The notes: generated from the letters alone by a model not told the origin. 63,965 nt of DNA, filler included, from Globobulimina sp. (GCA_003354225.1; 30 parts of 30 records of this genome joined end to end with filler, not necessarily neighbours in it), one strand, 5' to 3'; numbered from the whole stretch's first letter, positions 34,401 through 46,991 are shown. Program-made: numbers and translations.

Positions 34401-35794
34401 TTGAGGAACAAATGGAAGCGATAATGACAGATTCAACGGAAAGTGCAGATGAAGTAAATAGAGCAAAATGTGTTGAATTGAAACATGATTCACAAAGATT
34501 ATTTGAAACAGTTCGAGTCGAATCCGATATTATTCAACAAATGATGTTCATTGCTGGTCTTCCAAAACGTATTGCATCTCAAATATCACAAATGATGGAT
34601 ATAACGGCGCCAAATGGAGTAATGGATGAATTGCCAAACAATCAATGTGTATTTATACCATATTCGCCGCACAAAAACATTATACGTATTGTTGGTCATT
34701 ATAACCAAATGCAACAGAAAGAGAAACAAAACGATTTGCCGCAATTAATTATTTCATCAGATCCGCTCCAATGTACTGAGACAAAACCATGTATTGCTTC
34801 TGCAGTATGCGACGGCAAACAAACCCAACATTGTCAAAGCATTGACGCACAACAAAGGTTATCACCATTCGATACAATGAGCAGTGGGCAAAAAACAGTT
34901 ATTTGGGTAACTCCAAATATTGGACCCGGACAAAAATATATTACCACAAGTGATGGAAGCATTGGTTTCAAATTATTTTCAATGTTTGCTGAGGTTTTAC
35001 AACATGACATTCCAAAACAAAATAAAATTGCAAATCTCGTAGTTGCGCCACAACAGAATGGTAACACTGATGTAATGGCAGTCGGTGGGAGATCAATAAA
35101 AAATATTTTGCTCAATGGTTTAAACGGGAATATGCACGCATTTATCCCTCAGATTTGGCCACCTCCAGAACACAAAGTAAATGTAGTAATGTCATTAAAT
35201 AAAAATGAGAATCCATCAACAAACAGTGTGCCGCAGCAAATTCAAATGAGTGTAATCCCATTAATGATCGATGAGACTGCATTGCAACAACAACGAATGA
35301 GAACATGTGCCATTCATCAAAGTGATTCGCAACAATGCAGTGTCTATGTAGATGGTGATTATGATTATGATATTCGTATTGAGAATATTGGTGCAACAAT
35401 GGCGGATATCGACGTATTCACAGTGGAAATACCCAGCAATCACAATGATATGCGATCAGATTATGATGTTATGCTGGAAGAGCATAATCCAATGTTAGTA
35501 CCACATGAACCCCACAGACTATCACAAGACCCATTTGTCACATTTGTCATTGGTGTCATTGGTGTCATTATCATATCATTCATTGCATTATTACTCAAAA
35601 TGAAAAACAAATGCAAAGAACGAAAAAGTTCGACAGAAGAAGCATTTGTAGATGGCAATGGTGGCAGTGCTACGTTATTGGACCAAGACGCTGTATGTTA
35701 TGGTGTAATTGATTGTGGTTCGCCTTTGCTTGAAAGCACTGATAAACCATCAGACACACAATTAAGCTACAAAGTGTTTTCTGTGCCACGATAA
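34184..35794 (+). CDS. Single-pass membrane protein with N-terminal 12-aa repeats, 5' partial
   Basis: Long ORF with TM FVTFVIGVIGVIIISFIALLL followed by a basic cluster. Confidence 0.75.
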   Translation, partial: FPTSRISEETSHFPTSRISEETSHFPTSRISEEMSHFPTSRISEEMSHIKEVTPTPEISEETSQIKEPAPSHIEEQMEAIMTDSTESADEVNRAKCVELKHDSQRLFETVRVESDIIQQMMFIAGLPKRIASQISQMMDITAPNGVMDELPNNQCVFIPYSPHKNIIRIVGHYNQMQQKEKQNDLPQLIISSDPLQCTETKPCIASAVCDGKQTQHCQSIDAQQRLSPFDTMSSGQKTVIWVTPNIGPGQKYITTSDGSIGFKLFSMFAEVLQHDIPKQNKIANLVVAPQQNGNTDVMAVGGRSIKNILLNGLNGNMHAFIPQIWPPPEHKVNVVMSLNKNENPSTNSVPQQIQMSVIPLMIDETALQQQRMRTCAIHQSDSQQCSVYVDGDYDYDIRIENIGATMADIDVFTVEIPSNHNDMRSDYDVMLEEHNPMLVPHEPHRLSQDPFVTFVIGVIGVIIISFIALLLKMKNKCKERKSSTEEAFVDGNGGSATLLDQDAVCYGVIDCGSPLLESTDKPSDTQLSYKVFSVPR

Positions 35795-36089
35795 TGTAAA
35801 TATTTAAATATTATAATAATTTTACTGAAACATACCTTGTCCAAACTTGAAGAATGACGGCATTTTCTTCGGTGCAATATACTCTTCTTTGCGCAACAAA
35901 TGTCGTTTATTTTTGCCTGATCGTTCAGGCCAATACGTAAATGAAATGGTATATAATCCGGCTTGAATCATTCAAAAAAAGCTCTCAGCAATACATTATT
36001 ATTTCTTTCCTTTGGCAGTGGGATCGTGTATAGTCAATGTCTTATGTTTCAAATCATTAATCCTGTTCTGCGAAACACAAAATCTTAAC

Positions 36090-36216
36090 GTATTGAGAAA
36101 TGCATTGGAAAATGTTTTTCCATTTGATACAATTTGTGATTGTAAAATTGGCATAAAATCTGGACTTCCAAGCATTAAGTCTTGATTATCAGTATAGATA
36201 ATGATTATATTTGGTC
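36090..36216 (-). CDS. Sulfatase (GNS/Sulf-like) N-terminal fragment
   Basis: PNIIIIYTDNQDLMLGSPDFMP...GKTFSNAFLNT. The expected CxPSR motif was not found downstream. Confidence 0.55.
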
Positions 36217-36817
36217 NNNNNNNNNNNNNNNNNNNNNNNNNNNNNNNNNNNNNNNNNNNNTTAATTAATTAANNNNNNNNNNNNNNNNNNNNNNNNNNNN
36301 NNNNNNNNNNNNNNNNTATTCATAAGATATGGATTGGAAAAATAAATAAACTGCACAAAGCAGGTGCAAAATCCAAAAATCATAATGCAATGCTTTTCGT
36401 GGTACAATGCCACAAAAATCCCCATTAAAAAATCAATTTTGTGTTGTGATTGTGGCTGTGGATTGTCACTCAAATTGACTAGTGCTAACTAACTTTTTTC
36501 TAAGTGGTAACACTTAAAACTTCGAAAAACACTTAGTGCATTGCATGCAAGGAGCGTGGATTAATTAAAAGTACTCATTCCACTCATCCCTTGACCTGAT
36601 TATAGAATTTATAATTCATTTGAAAAATATCTCTTACATAAAATTATTGCACTTATAAAATCCATGAAATATCTGTCTCTTTGTGTTTTGCAATTTTTTT
36701 ATTTCTTTTTTAATGGAAAATGTGCGTGTTTTAATTTATATGAGAAGATATTGTATACTCAAACATATACAACAGAAACAGAAACACAAACACAAAATGT
36801 TTGTGAAAAATAAAAAA

Positions 36818-36881
36818 TGTGATGATAGGGATTTGAACCCAAATCTTCTTTCATTAGATGCTTTTCTTAAGCGATCATCAC
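36818..36881 (-). ncRNA. 64-nt tRNA-like cloverleaf, copy 2
   Basis: GTGATGA-TC-GCTT AAGAA AAGC-ATCTA ATGAAAG AAGAT-TTGGG TTCAAAT CCCTA-TCATCAC-A, then T6. Confidence 0.7.
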
Positions 36882-37930
36882 AATAAATTGGATAATGTGG
36901 GCCAACATAATCTCTCTTTTAAATATGTTTTTGCGCTGTCTTTCTTCTCTTTATCTGCCTCAATTAAGTCATATTCGTCGCTGTCTGTGTCTGTGTTGGC
37001 AACACTGAGTTTCATGTAATTCCACATGTTTTTAATCACAAATATTTTAGCTTTACTCAGATTAATTCTGCGCTGTCTATCTTCATTTTCCAGTTTTTGT
37101 CATCATAAAAATTAACAAATCGGTTGAACAAACCGCTGATTAATGGCACATCAGAGACGTTAGAATCAGATACGGGGCAAAACGATGGATAATAAATATT
37201 TGTGGCAATCTGTTTTAATTTTGTCGCGGTTTTGTAAACAATAAAATTTAATGGAGGACGCGATGAAATTCGCGACCGATTGCTCTGTAATTAATAAGGA
37301 GTCATTATCGTCGTTGCTATTTATGGTAATAATTTGATGCGAGTCTGTCTCATAAACATCAATTAAGCATAAATCATAAGGAGTCATCGTCGTCGATTTG
37401 CGACAGGATATGATATAAAGTGCTCATTGGACCGGCTTCAAAGCCCATTTGCGTCCAAATAAATTTATTGCTTTGAGACTCGATGTGATCCAAATATAAT
37501 CCAAATATTTTCTCTTTTTTATAAAAAAGGTGCAATTTATCCACATAATAATCGCGTATACGAATATAATCGCGAACATAAATTTGAATTGGTTCGGAAA
37601 GTAAATCTGTAACAACAAAATTGTATTTTCCTGTATATGTACGTACGATAAGTGCAAGGATACAATGTATACAATGATTTAATACTGCAGCGGTACAGTC
37701 CCTGTTGATACATTGAGGGTTACTTCCAAAACCCATTGGGCGTCGTGGATGTGATGGGAATTGATGCACTCAACGGATACGTTTCCGCCATTTGGCTGAT
37801 TAATATTTCAGAGTTTGCATCGCGTATTTTCTTAATTGCCTCTTGTTTCGTGCATTTTCTTTTTGATAAACAGTATCCACCTTTTATCCATTCCAAATCC
37901 ATTACAACAGCTTCTAACTGCTATTCTGTA
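36878..37930 (-). pseudogene. Frameshifted ORF ending LCWPTLSNLL*; weak USP Cys-box resemblance
   Basis: Pieces 37720-37902, 37374-37769, 37166-37387 and a final frame joined by frameshifts; contains PMGFGSNPQCINRDC..VLNHC. Confidence 0.5.
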
Positions 37931-38692
37931 TAATTAAAAAACAACAAAAAATGAAAAAAGTAAATCTGAAGGGGCAAAAATAGATTGCTTTAAATCGGTT
38001 TCATATGAATTTAATACTGAATTGGGTTAAATTCATTAATGGAAAACCGATTCAAAGTTGCCAGACTAAAGCGTAAGTGCCATGTAATTAACTTTGAAAG
38101 TATTAGCACTCAGAAAAAACGTAGTTAGCACTAGTCTAATCGCTTTATTTCCAGTGTCAATTTTGGTGTGTTTGCAGTGGTGGATTGACACTCAATTCCT
38201 TTTCTCCTGTCTTCAAAATCTGTCTTAATTGATTGAGATCGCGCCAATCTAAGTTTCCATTAAATGCCTGGTTTAGTTGAAATCAATCATACATCCATTT
38301 AATTGGATTATTCATCCAATCTCTGTAATATAATATATACAGATTATGAATNNNNNNNNNNNNNNNNNNNNNNNNNNNNNNNNNNNNNNNNNNNNTTAAT
38401 TAATTAANNNNNNNNNNNNNNNNNNNNNNNNNNNNNNNNNNNNNNNNNNNNTGGAATGGGTGGAATGGGAATTGGTATTACTGGCTGTGTTGGAATTGTT
38501 GGCGGTACCCATTGCAGTAACACTTTATTTGCGGATAATGGATAGATTAAAAATATAGAGAATAATAATTGCTTTATCATGGTGTGTGTGTGTGGTTAGG
38601 AGATTGTTAAGTATTGCTGAAAGGATGGTGACAAGGTTTTTTTTTTAGTAAAATACTTCCACTTTACCTTACATTCCAGAAAATGCCTGATT

Positions 38693-39244
38693 ATGGATGA
38701 ATATTCCTGTGCTGGCAGTAGCGAGAAGAACGTAACTTGCTCAGCTTGCGTGCCTCAAAGTGGAATTATAAGATGTTGTTGGTTGTCAGGGAGCCATTAT
38801 TGCATATTAAGAGGCACTGGTCCTGACCAGTACGGTACAGAAGAATGTCTTGACAGTTATTCAGACTGCCCCGGCTATTCTATGATTAATCAGCGAGATG
38901 TCGTACCCATTATAGTGATAGTATCGTTTATGACTATTATCATATGCATAGCACTTAGCTGTACCATATATGGCAAATGTCAAAAGAATAAGAAACCTAA
39001 TAATTCATCTCCCAATTCAGAGGCAACACATATACAACAAACAGAAACAGAAACACAAGCAATGCAACCCGATTATGCTCAGCCATATATACCAAATGCT
39101 GCGATTACAACTGGTCATGGAGCGGTACAACAACCTCAAGTCATTTATGTACAACAACCTGTACAGAAACAACGAGTTTACGCTAATATGCAAATAGCAG
39201 CGCCTCCTCTGCAGGGTCAACAGCGGCCTGTTACACATTGTTGA
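38693..39244 (+). CDS. Small Cys-rich single-pass membrane protein with a P/Q-rich tail
   Basis: Cys-rich ectodomain, TM VVPIIVIVSFMTIIICIAL, QQPQVIYVQQP tail. Confidence 0.65.
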   Translation: MDEYSCAGSSEKNVTCSACVPQSGIIRCCWLSGSHYCILRGTGPDQYGTEECLDSYSDCPGYSMINQRDVVPIIVIVSFMTIIICIALSCTIYGKCQKNKKPNNSSPNSEATHIQQTETETQAMQPDYAQPYIPNAAITTGHGAVQQPQVIYVQQPVQKQRVYANMQIAAPPLQGQQRPVTHC

Positions 39245-39909
39245 TTGTAAATATTATTTTGTTGTTTTGCTAATATCATTGTGTGGGTTTACCCAGTTTT
39301 GTTTTGTATTGATAATTGTAGAAATTCTGACAACTGTTGAATGTAGTTTTTGTCAAAGATAATCCAAATTCGATCAGTTTCATATTTTTTGCAATATCTC
39401 ATATTTAGAGAAAATATGTGATTTGAGAAACATTCAAATTATAGCCTCGCACATTCGCGACTGATCAACTGCAAACGTAAATTTGTACATGTTTGTCGTT
39501 TAAAATCTGAGATCATTGATCCCAAAACCTTTTCAAATTAAGTGATCTAGTCATCTTACTTCCTTTAGTGCCACTGGATTTGGATCAGTTAAATCTTATA
39601 GTAATGTCACTGTAAATTATAGCACCGATGAAACCAGCAGGTAACAAATAAATATGTGCGCGCCAGCCATCATCGATATCGATAGTGATCTCGAATTGAG
39701 AAAAATGGAAAGAAATCTACATCAAAATTGTGTATATGAATTTAAACAGTGGTTGCAAATAAACAAAAAAGAATAATTAGAACAATCATTTAATACCATT
39801 GGAAAAATAAACATTAAATAAAAATAACACAAAAAAATATAACACAAAAAAAGAAATATAACAAAAAAAAAACAAATTACAATAAATAAAATTACAGAAT
39901 TAATGTATT

Positions 39910-40486
39910 TTAAGATTGTTTATGTTTGATAATAAACGGATGTTTATTAATATCGCGCGACGAATATCTTTTATTCGGATCGATTTCCATTAAACATTTC
40001 ACCAAATGTTTGGCATCGTGTTCGATAAATTTCCATCTTCGAGAATTAAAATTGTACATTCCCTTCGAAATCAATTTGTAAATTTGATTCAGCGAACTCG
40101 CATTAAATGGTTGGTATCCAACGAGCATAATATATAAAATAACGCCAACTGACCATATATCGCACTTGTAAGTGTACTGATTTTTCATTATAATCTCTGG
40201 TGCCACGTAATGCGGCGTACCGCAGCAGGTATTACACAAAATTATTTCTGTGTTATCAAAGTATACAAACTGCAAACTAATAATTATCCAAACGGACAAT
40301 CACGAATTTTATTTCCGTGCAATTTGCAGACAATAATTATGAGTTTGGCAGATCGGAAACTCAGAAACAGAGTGTTATTAAAGTCGAATTTGTAGACATA
40401 CCCGGAAATAACTTCGTTTTTGTGGCATGTGTAGCTTTTTCGTAATGCGCGAGGCCAAAATCAGTGATTTTGAGCACACCGTCCGT
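39910..40486 (-). CDS. CAMK-group Ser/Thr kinase, C-terminal half with one intron
   Basis: LKITDFGLA | TCCGTPHYVAPE, DIWSVGVILYIMLVGYQPF, DPNKR, HPFI. Confidence 0.93.
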
Positions 40487-41014
40487 NNNNNNNNNNNNNN
40501 NNNNNNNNNNNNNNNNNNNNNNNNNNNNNNTTAATTAATTAANNNNNNNNNNNNNNNNNNNNNNNNNNNNNNNNNNNNNNNNNNNNAATGTTTTTATTTT
40601 GAATAATCTGTAAAAAACTGTAAATTCAAAGAGTTTACAGTAAAAACAGTAATTTCAAACTGAAAAGCAAAAAGTTAAATGTTACCTTTAACATCTTATT
40701 ATTAACCTATTTTCCTTCCTATTGCTTGCAGAACATACAACATTTTTTTATAATAAAGTATTTGTAAAAAACTATAAATATACCGAGTGTATAAAAGATA
40801 ATCTGCTGTCATGAACTTGAATGTGTCATCGTTAACTTGCACAAACAAAAAACAATAATATTTTATTCATTTCATACCCATTCAGAAGAGACAACAAAAC
40901 GGAAAATTACAACAAAAACAAAATTAAAAAGAGAATAACAATGGTCAACACAAGCTATGATTTTAAATAAATAAGAGAACAGAACACAAAACACAATTAT
41001 TAACTGTCAAAATA

Positions 41015-42366
41015 TTAATTAGCAAAACCAAATGTAAGCAAACTTGTCCACGATTTACTTGCATTTGAATCATTCTTTGTTGCTGGCACAACCAATACAT
41101 CTTTTTTCTTATAATCATACGATGCGGCTTTAAGTTTAACGTACGATGACGAGGAGGATGAGGAATGTGAATGGATCGATGATGCGGAGATATTTAAATT
41201 GTTATAATTGTCATTAAATACTGCATCTCCTGTTGCTGCTGCTGCTGTTGCTGCTGTATTATTATTAATAGTATTCCTATCAATATCGACATATTTTAAA
41301 TGCCGAACCGGTTTTAAATACAATTCATTTAATTGTAATTTAGAGCTTCTATAAATTAGATCGTGATCATCTTTGTTATTGAATATAAAACATTTGCGCG
41401 ACTTCGTAAATTCTATAATCTCAACAAAGTCCATATCCATCAATGCCCGTTCATGCCGAATGACAGTCAAATAGGATATCTTTAGGATTTTGCTAAAATC
41501 TAATTGTTGCACAAGGAAAACATCCCAAATCCGTTTAGCAATATTTCTATTCATGGATGGATATGTAAATAATGAGTGATACCAACCACTTAACATAATC
41601 GGATACACATTCAATGCATTTAAATGTGCTGCTAAGTGGCTGGGTGCGTGGAAATTGAACAGTTTCTTGAAGCACTCCACAGATTTATGAAATCCTGGCA
41701 AGTCGTCACTGAATAAGGTGCCTATTTTATTCATTATGGCTACAAATGTCCAAAAAGACTTCTCTTCGATTAATTTATCATTATTTTCATTTACAAATTC
41801 ATATTCATATTCGTTTTCTGTTTCTGTTTCTTTTTCGAAATATTGCGTCAAAATATTGCCAGCAATGTAGTTCATGCCTTGGGTGTAACCGATTTGTGGA
41901 TCGAGATTGGAGAATGCCACCAATATTCGACGTAATCTGTGCTCATATTTTAGATTGGTGTTTTTCTCCACAAATGTCCTTTTTAAGTCTTTCTCAATCA
42001 CGTCAATACATTTTGAGTGTTTAGTGGATAAATGGTCAAAGACATCGCGATTTTTTCTCATTAAATCGAGTGCGCCGGACACTACAAACCATACATTCGA
42101 GCGTACCTCCACTGGGATTGGATATGAATGGGCCAGAATTAATGCTATATTAATATTAAAGTATACGAGAGAACATTTAATGGCATTATACTGATACATT
42201 AATTACCTGGTTTCGCAACATTGTCATCAAAAGCATTCCATTTTTTTAATGTTCTTCGCCATATTTCAATTAAAGCATTTTTGTTTTGGGATTGATGAGA
42301 ATGAAACTGTTTTCGTTGTTGACGTGGAGAATGTGACCCATTTGAATGTGTTTTGCGTTCCTCCAT
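41015..42366 (-). CDS. TBC-domain Rab GTPase-activating protein (one intron near 42145-42206)
   Basis: IPVEVRSNVW, IEKDLKRTF (Arg finger), GYTQGMNYI (Gln finger), RIWDVF. Confidence 0.93.
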
Positions 42367-42721
42367 TCTGTTTGCTTGCTTGTTCAGCATTGTCCAAGTA
42401 CAGTAAATATAATTCAAAATATCATCAAAAAACCTCAAAAAATGTTACCATTGAGCAATAATCTCAATATTTCACGGGAATATTTAATGAAAGGTATTAT
42501 GGAAACACAGGGGCCATCAAATAACATTAACGTCAATGAGTCTGTAGTTTAGTGATTATTCGAATGTACATATGATATGATTTGTTTCTTGTCTCTGTTA
42601 TATGATATATGATGTACTGTANNNNNNNNNNNNNNNNNNNNNNNNNNNNNNNNNNNNNNNNNNNNTTAATTAATTAANNNNNNNNNNNNNNNNNNNNNNN
42701 NNNNNNNNNNNNNNNNNNNNN

Positions 42722-43080
42722 GTGAGCAGACCACCGCCTACGATGTGCAGACCACTGCGTATGACACACAAACCCTTAAATATGATAAGCAGACGGACGA
42801 CTTGGATGCGCAAACCACGGCATACGATAAGCAGACCACCGACTACGATGTGCAGACCACTGCCTACGATGCGCAGACCATTAGGTACGATGCGCAGACC
42901 CTTGCCTATGATGAGCAGACCATTAAATTTGATGCGCAGACCCTTGCGTACGATGCACAAACCGCCCAACTCGACGCACAGACCGTGAAATATGATAAGC
43001 AGATGGATGAGTTGGATGCGCAGACCATTGCTTACGATGCACAGACCCTGGCCTATGATGAGCAGACCATTGCCTTTGGG
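42722..43080 (+). repeat. 21-bp coding tandem repeat (~17 units)
   Basis: TACGATGCGCAGACCACTGCC-type units. Confidence 0.9.
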
Positions 43081-43464
43081 CAACAGAGAAAAGATTTGGA
43101 TTCGGAAAGGCTGAAATTTACGGAATTGAAGACGGAGTTTGATGCATTGAAAAAGAAGAAAAAAGAGAAGAAGCAACGGAGGCGACTGAAATATGAGACG
43201 TGGGATGCTCAGAATGTGACGGATTTTATTATTAAGATGAATGCGGAGAAATATTCAAAGTATAAAGAGAATTTACTGTCTGGTTTGTCGGAACAAGGGA
43301 TTGATGGTTCGTGTTTGACGGAAATCAGTAAGGAGGATTTGTACCGATTGGGAGTGCGGAATTTTAAGGACAAACGAGATATTTTCAATGCCATCTTATC
43401 ATTCACAGGAAATGCGTCCAGCTCTCCGCCTGCGGCCGAGGCAGAAGAAAAAGAAGAGAAATAA
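42724..43464 (+). CDS. Heptad-repeat coiled-coil + SAM domain protein, 5' partial
   Basis: (YDAQTxA)n repeats, then WDAQNVTDFI...GIDGSCL..ISKEDLYRLGV..FKD. Confidence 0.85.
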   Translation, partial: EQTTAYDVQTTAYDTQTLKYDKQTDDLDAQTTAYDKQTTDYDVQTTAYDAQTIRYDAQTLAYDEQTIKFDAQTLAYDAQTAQLDAQTVKYDKQMDELDAQTIAYDAQTLAYDEQTIAFGQQRKDLDSERLKFTELKTEFDALKKKKKEKKQRRRLKYETWDAQNVTDFIIKMNAEKYSKYKENLLSGLSEQGIDGSCLTEISKEDLYRLGVRNFKDKRDIFNAILSFTGNASSSPPAAEAEEKEEK

Positions 43465-44185
43465 GCAATTAATTATTATCAATTTTTATGAAATTACATT
43501 TTTCCGTTTCCCACTCTGTTTTTTTTTTTTGCTCCTAAAAATAAATAAAAAATAAATGGTTAAGTTAATTGATAATAATGCTACGATGTTAAACAATGAT
43601 AATTTTACAATTTTTAAAAATTATAATTTCTTTTTCTAAATTTTCAACAAACGTTGTTTTATAAATTGTTTCCTTTGTTTATGTAATTAATGTGTGTTTT
43701 TTCTATTTTTAAAGAGAAATTTAAATTTTTAGAGAAAAATAAATTTCTGTTAAAAATATACAATTAATATGTGGCTGATTTTCTTTTTTATTATTATTAC
43801 TAATAATTATTTCTATCCATTCTTTTTTTGGCGCAATGCACTTTTCCACTCTTTGTTTTTTTTGTATATTTTCAACTCCAATGTACTTTTCTACATTTAA
43901 ATTATTGTGTTTTTACTCTGTTATTTTACCTTTTTTTTATCCTATGCATTGCAAAGAAAATTAAACTGGCTGAGAGTGGGAGTTATAATAACAGTGTAAT
44001 TTTATTATTTAAATTATATTTCTACATTTTGATACTTAAACAGAAAACGATATATTAATTCAGATATACTCTACTGTATACTGCATATTCTCCTTGCGTT
44101 TCCAACAAAAGTTGTGTATCTTTTCAATACGCATCACTGCTGGTTACAATGTCTTTTTGTTAGCAGCAAACTTTGACGTCCCACC

Positions 44186-44756
44186 ATGGGTAACAGTAAC
44201 AGAAAGGGAACAAAGCAAGTAACAGAAACCGAAACAGAACGAGTTGACACCGGGAAGGCTCTAATACACGATATTACATCAATTCGCAATAACAGTATAT
44301 CGCGAGATCGTATTCAAAACAATTCCGAGCAAAAACAATCAACATTACAAAAACAGTATGTCTCAGATGATAACTCAGATGATGCAGCAATTCCAACTAT
44401 GCTGGAAGTACAAGCAATAGATTTAAAAAGACAAAAATTCAATCCATTTATGACTGACATGCGTATATACACTGGAGATGACATAAAAACCACTGATGTC
44501 GACATTGCATCATTTGAATTTGGTGAATTATTTGGATATTGGGACGATAAATCACCTTCGAAAATATATATTGCAGCCCAACAAAAGTCATTAAAAGCGG
44601 AGATAACGAACAGTAAAAACCATACATATTTAGATAACGAAGCATGGCAAGGATTTGTAACAAAAGCCACGCATATTTATAATACAATGTATGCTGCAAA
44701 AAGCAGTGAATACGTACACAACACCGGCATATATGCGAAAAATAAGCCATATTTTA
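44186..44756 (+). CDS. MG-initiated hypothetical protein, 3' partial
   Basis: MGNS start; open to the contig end. Confidence 0.6.
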
Positions 44757-44897
44757 NNNNNNNNNNNNNNNNNNNNNNNNNNNNNNNNNNNNNNNNNNNN
44801 TTAATTAATTAANNNNNNNNNNNNNNNNNNNNNNNNNNNNNNNNNNNNNNNNNNNNTCAAATATATACCACCTAAATACCAAAGCCATCAACAAACC

Positions 44898-46891
44898 ATG
44901 ACCAGCTACAGCAACAATGAGCGATTAATTTGTGGATATATTCGACCAAATATCGATAATGTAACAAACAATCTTATTGCCTTAGTATTTGATTATTTTA
45001 TTTTAACATATTTTATAAAAATGGCGTGTGTCGCATGCAAAGCACGCGGTTATCACTGGTTTAACTGTGCAGAATGTGAAGGTTCTGGGCGGTTGGACGT
45101 AAATTGTAATCGATGCAGCATCAAATGCTCAAAATGTAATGGCGAAGGAGGTCATATGAAACAACTTGAATGCAAGCAATGCAAATGCAAAAAATGTGAG
45201 GGTACCGGAAGATTTGTATCGAATGGTTATGATCGCGGGAAATGCTTTGTATGTAACGGTAAGGGGAGGTGTCAGGGAATTTGTCAAAGATGTAAAGGTT
45301 CAGGTTTTTATAGCAATGTTTCTATTTTTATTGATTGTTATCAGTGTCGAGGGGATGGTTTAATACGTAAAAAAAAACAATGTAATACATGTAATGGTAC
45401 ATTCCATTACGAAAAAGACTGTGGTAAATGTAAAGGAGAAGGCAAAGTAAAACATCCATGTACAAATTGTAGCGGATATAAACGTATCTTAGCATTAGAT
45501 TTTAATCAGTTATGTAATAAACAATCTTTGTGTAATAAATGTAATAAATATTTCCCAAATGATATGATTTTTTATTGGACAAATTGTTGTCATACATATT
45601 GTTTTGAATGCATTTCATGGGATATTAAGGGTAAAATTGATAATAATGTGCTTCCAATCTGTGTAGTATCAAAATGTAAACAATATTTAAAAATGAAACA
45701 ATTTCAGTTTATAAATATGAATGAATATGGATATGGCAATAAATTAAAAATATTAATTTCAGAACACAACAGATTTAAATGTAATAAATGTCAGAAAATG
45801 GTGTTACCAGAACAGGAATTTTTATGGACACAATGTAACCATAAATATTGTAATAAATGTGCTTCGAATCTAATCAATCACTCATTATCAATACGAAATC
45901 AATCACCACGTTGCATTGTACCAAAATGCAATCAATTATTAGCTATTCGCCATGCTGATATATTAAAAGATTTCTTATTACCCAAATACAAAATTGATTC
46001 GCGTAAAATGAAAGATTATTATCAAGAAAATAATATTTCAGTCGTAATTGATTGCTATAATTGCAATTCAGTTGGATACGCATTGGTTGATTGTGCAATA
46101 TGTCATGGCTTTGGCTATACTGAAAATAGCAAACATAGTTATAAATGTCGGGGATACGGATACAAACGGAAAAAATGTAATGGTTGCAATGGAAGAGGCA
46201 AACTGTCATACAAATGTCGTAGATGTAGTGATAAAAAGCAAATTAATGTATTAGATTTTAACAAAGTATGTGAGAGTCAATCGTTTTGCTACAAATGTAA
46301 TCAATATTTCCCAGAGAATATCATCAGCGTTTGGTCACAGCATTGTTATCATAAATTTTGTTATAAATGTATTGGGCAATACATCCAAAGACAAATTTAT
46401 TGCAAAAAGGTGATTCCAATCTGTTTATCATCACAGTGCGGTCAAGAATTGACACCACATATATTGGAACAAGCCGCTATTGAATCATTAGTAGATAAAC
46501 TCTCATTAATTAAATCATTGACCTCCATTTACAAAAAAGATAGATTTTTATGTACATTTTGCAAAATTTGGCAAAAAGAATCGGAAAGACAGAAAATTCT
46601 ATGGTCAAACTGCAAACACAAATATTGTCATCAATGCGTTTTGGAAATAGTTAACGAGTCACTGTCAATATTAAATAAAATACCAACATGTGTCCATCCA
46701 AATTGCAATCGACCATTAAGGTATTTACTGATATATATTTTTCAACATTTCCTTCAATTGAATTTATATAATTTGCTAAGTATTAAAGATGGAAATTCAA
46801 TCAAACATGGAATATTAACAAAATACAAATTCAATAAGCAATATAAAAAGACATGTCATAGCAACTGCAGACAATGTTTAACTTATTTCAC
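44898..46891 (+). CDS. DnaJ-type CxxCxGxG zinc-finger repeats + multiple RING-like domains, 3' partial
   Basis: More than 10 CxxCxGxG-like units and four CxxC...CxHxx(Y/F)CxxC...PxC...C modules. Confidence 0.8.
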
Positions 46892-46991
46892 NNNNNNNNN
46901 NNNNNNNNNNNNNNNNNNNNNNNNNNNNNNNNNNNTTAATTAATTAANNNNNNNNNNNNNNNNNNNNNNNNNNNNNNNNNNNNNNNNNNNN

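Larger units (their letters stand above)
36477..38136. mobile_element. ~1.66-kb non-autonomous TIR DNA element carrying a decayed ORF and a tRNA-like structure
   Basis: Left GACTAGTGCTAACTAACTTTTTTCTAAGTGGTAACACTT vs reverse complement of right end GACTAGTGCTAACTACGTTTTTTCTGAGTGCTAATACTT. Confidence 0.8.

Noticed and set aside
44186-44756. ADP-ribosyltransferase call for this MG-start protein
   Set aside because: The SLKAEI...W...KA segment recalls a protist family that may carry such a domain, but no catalytic motifs lie within the contig.
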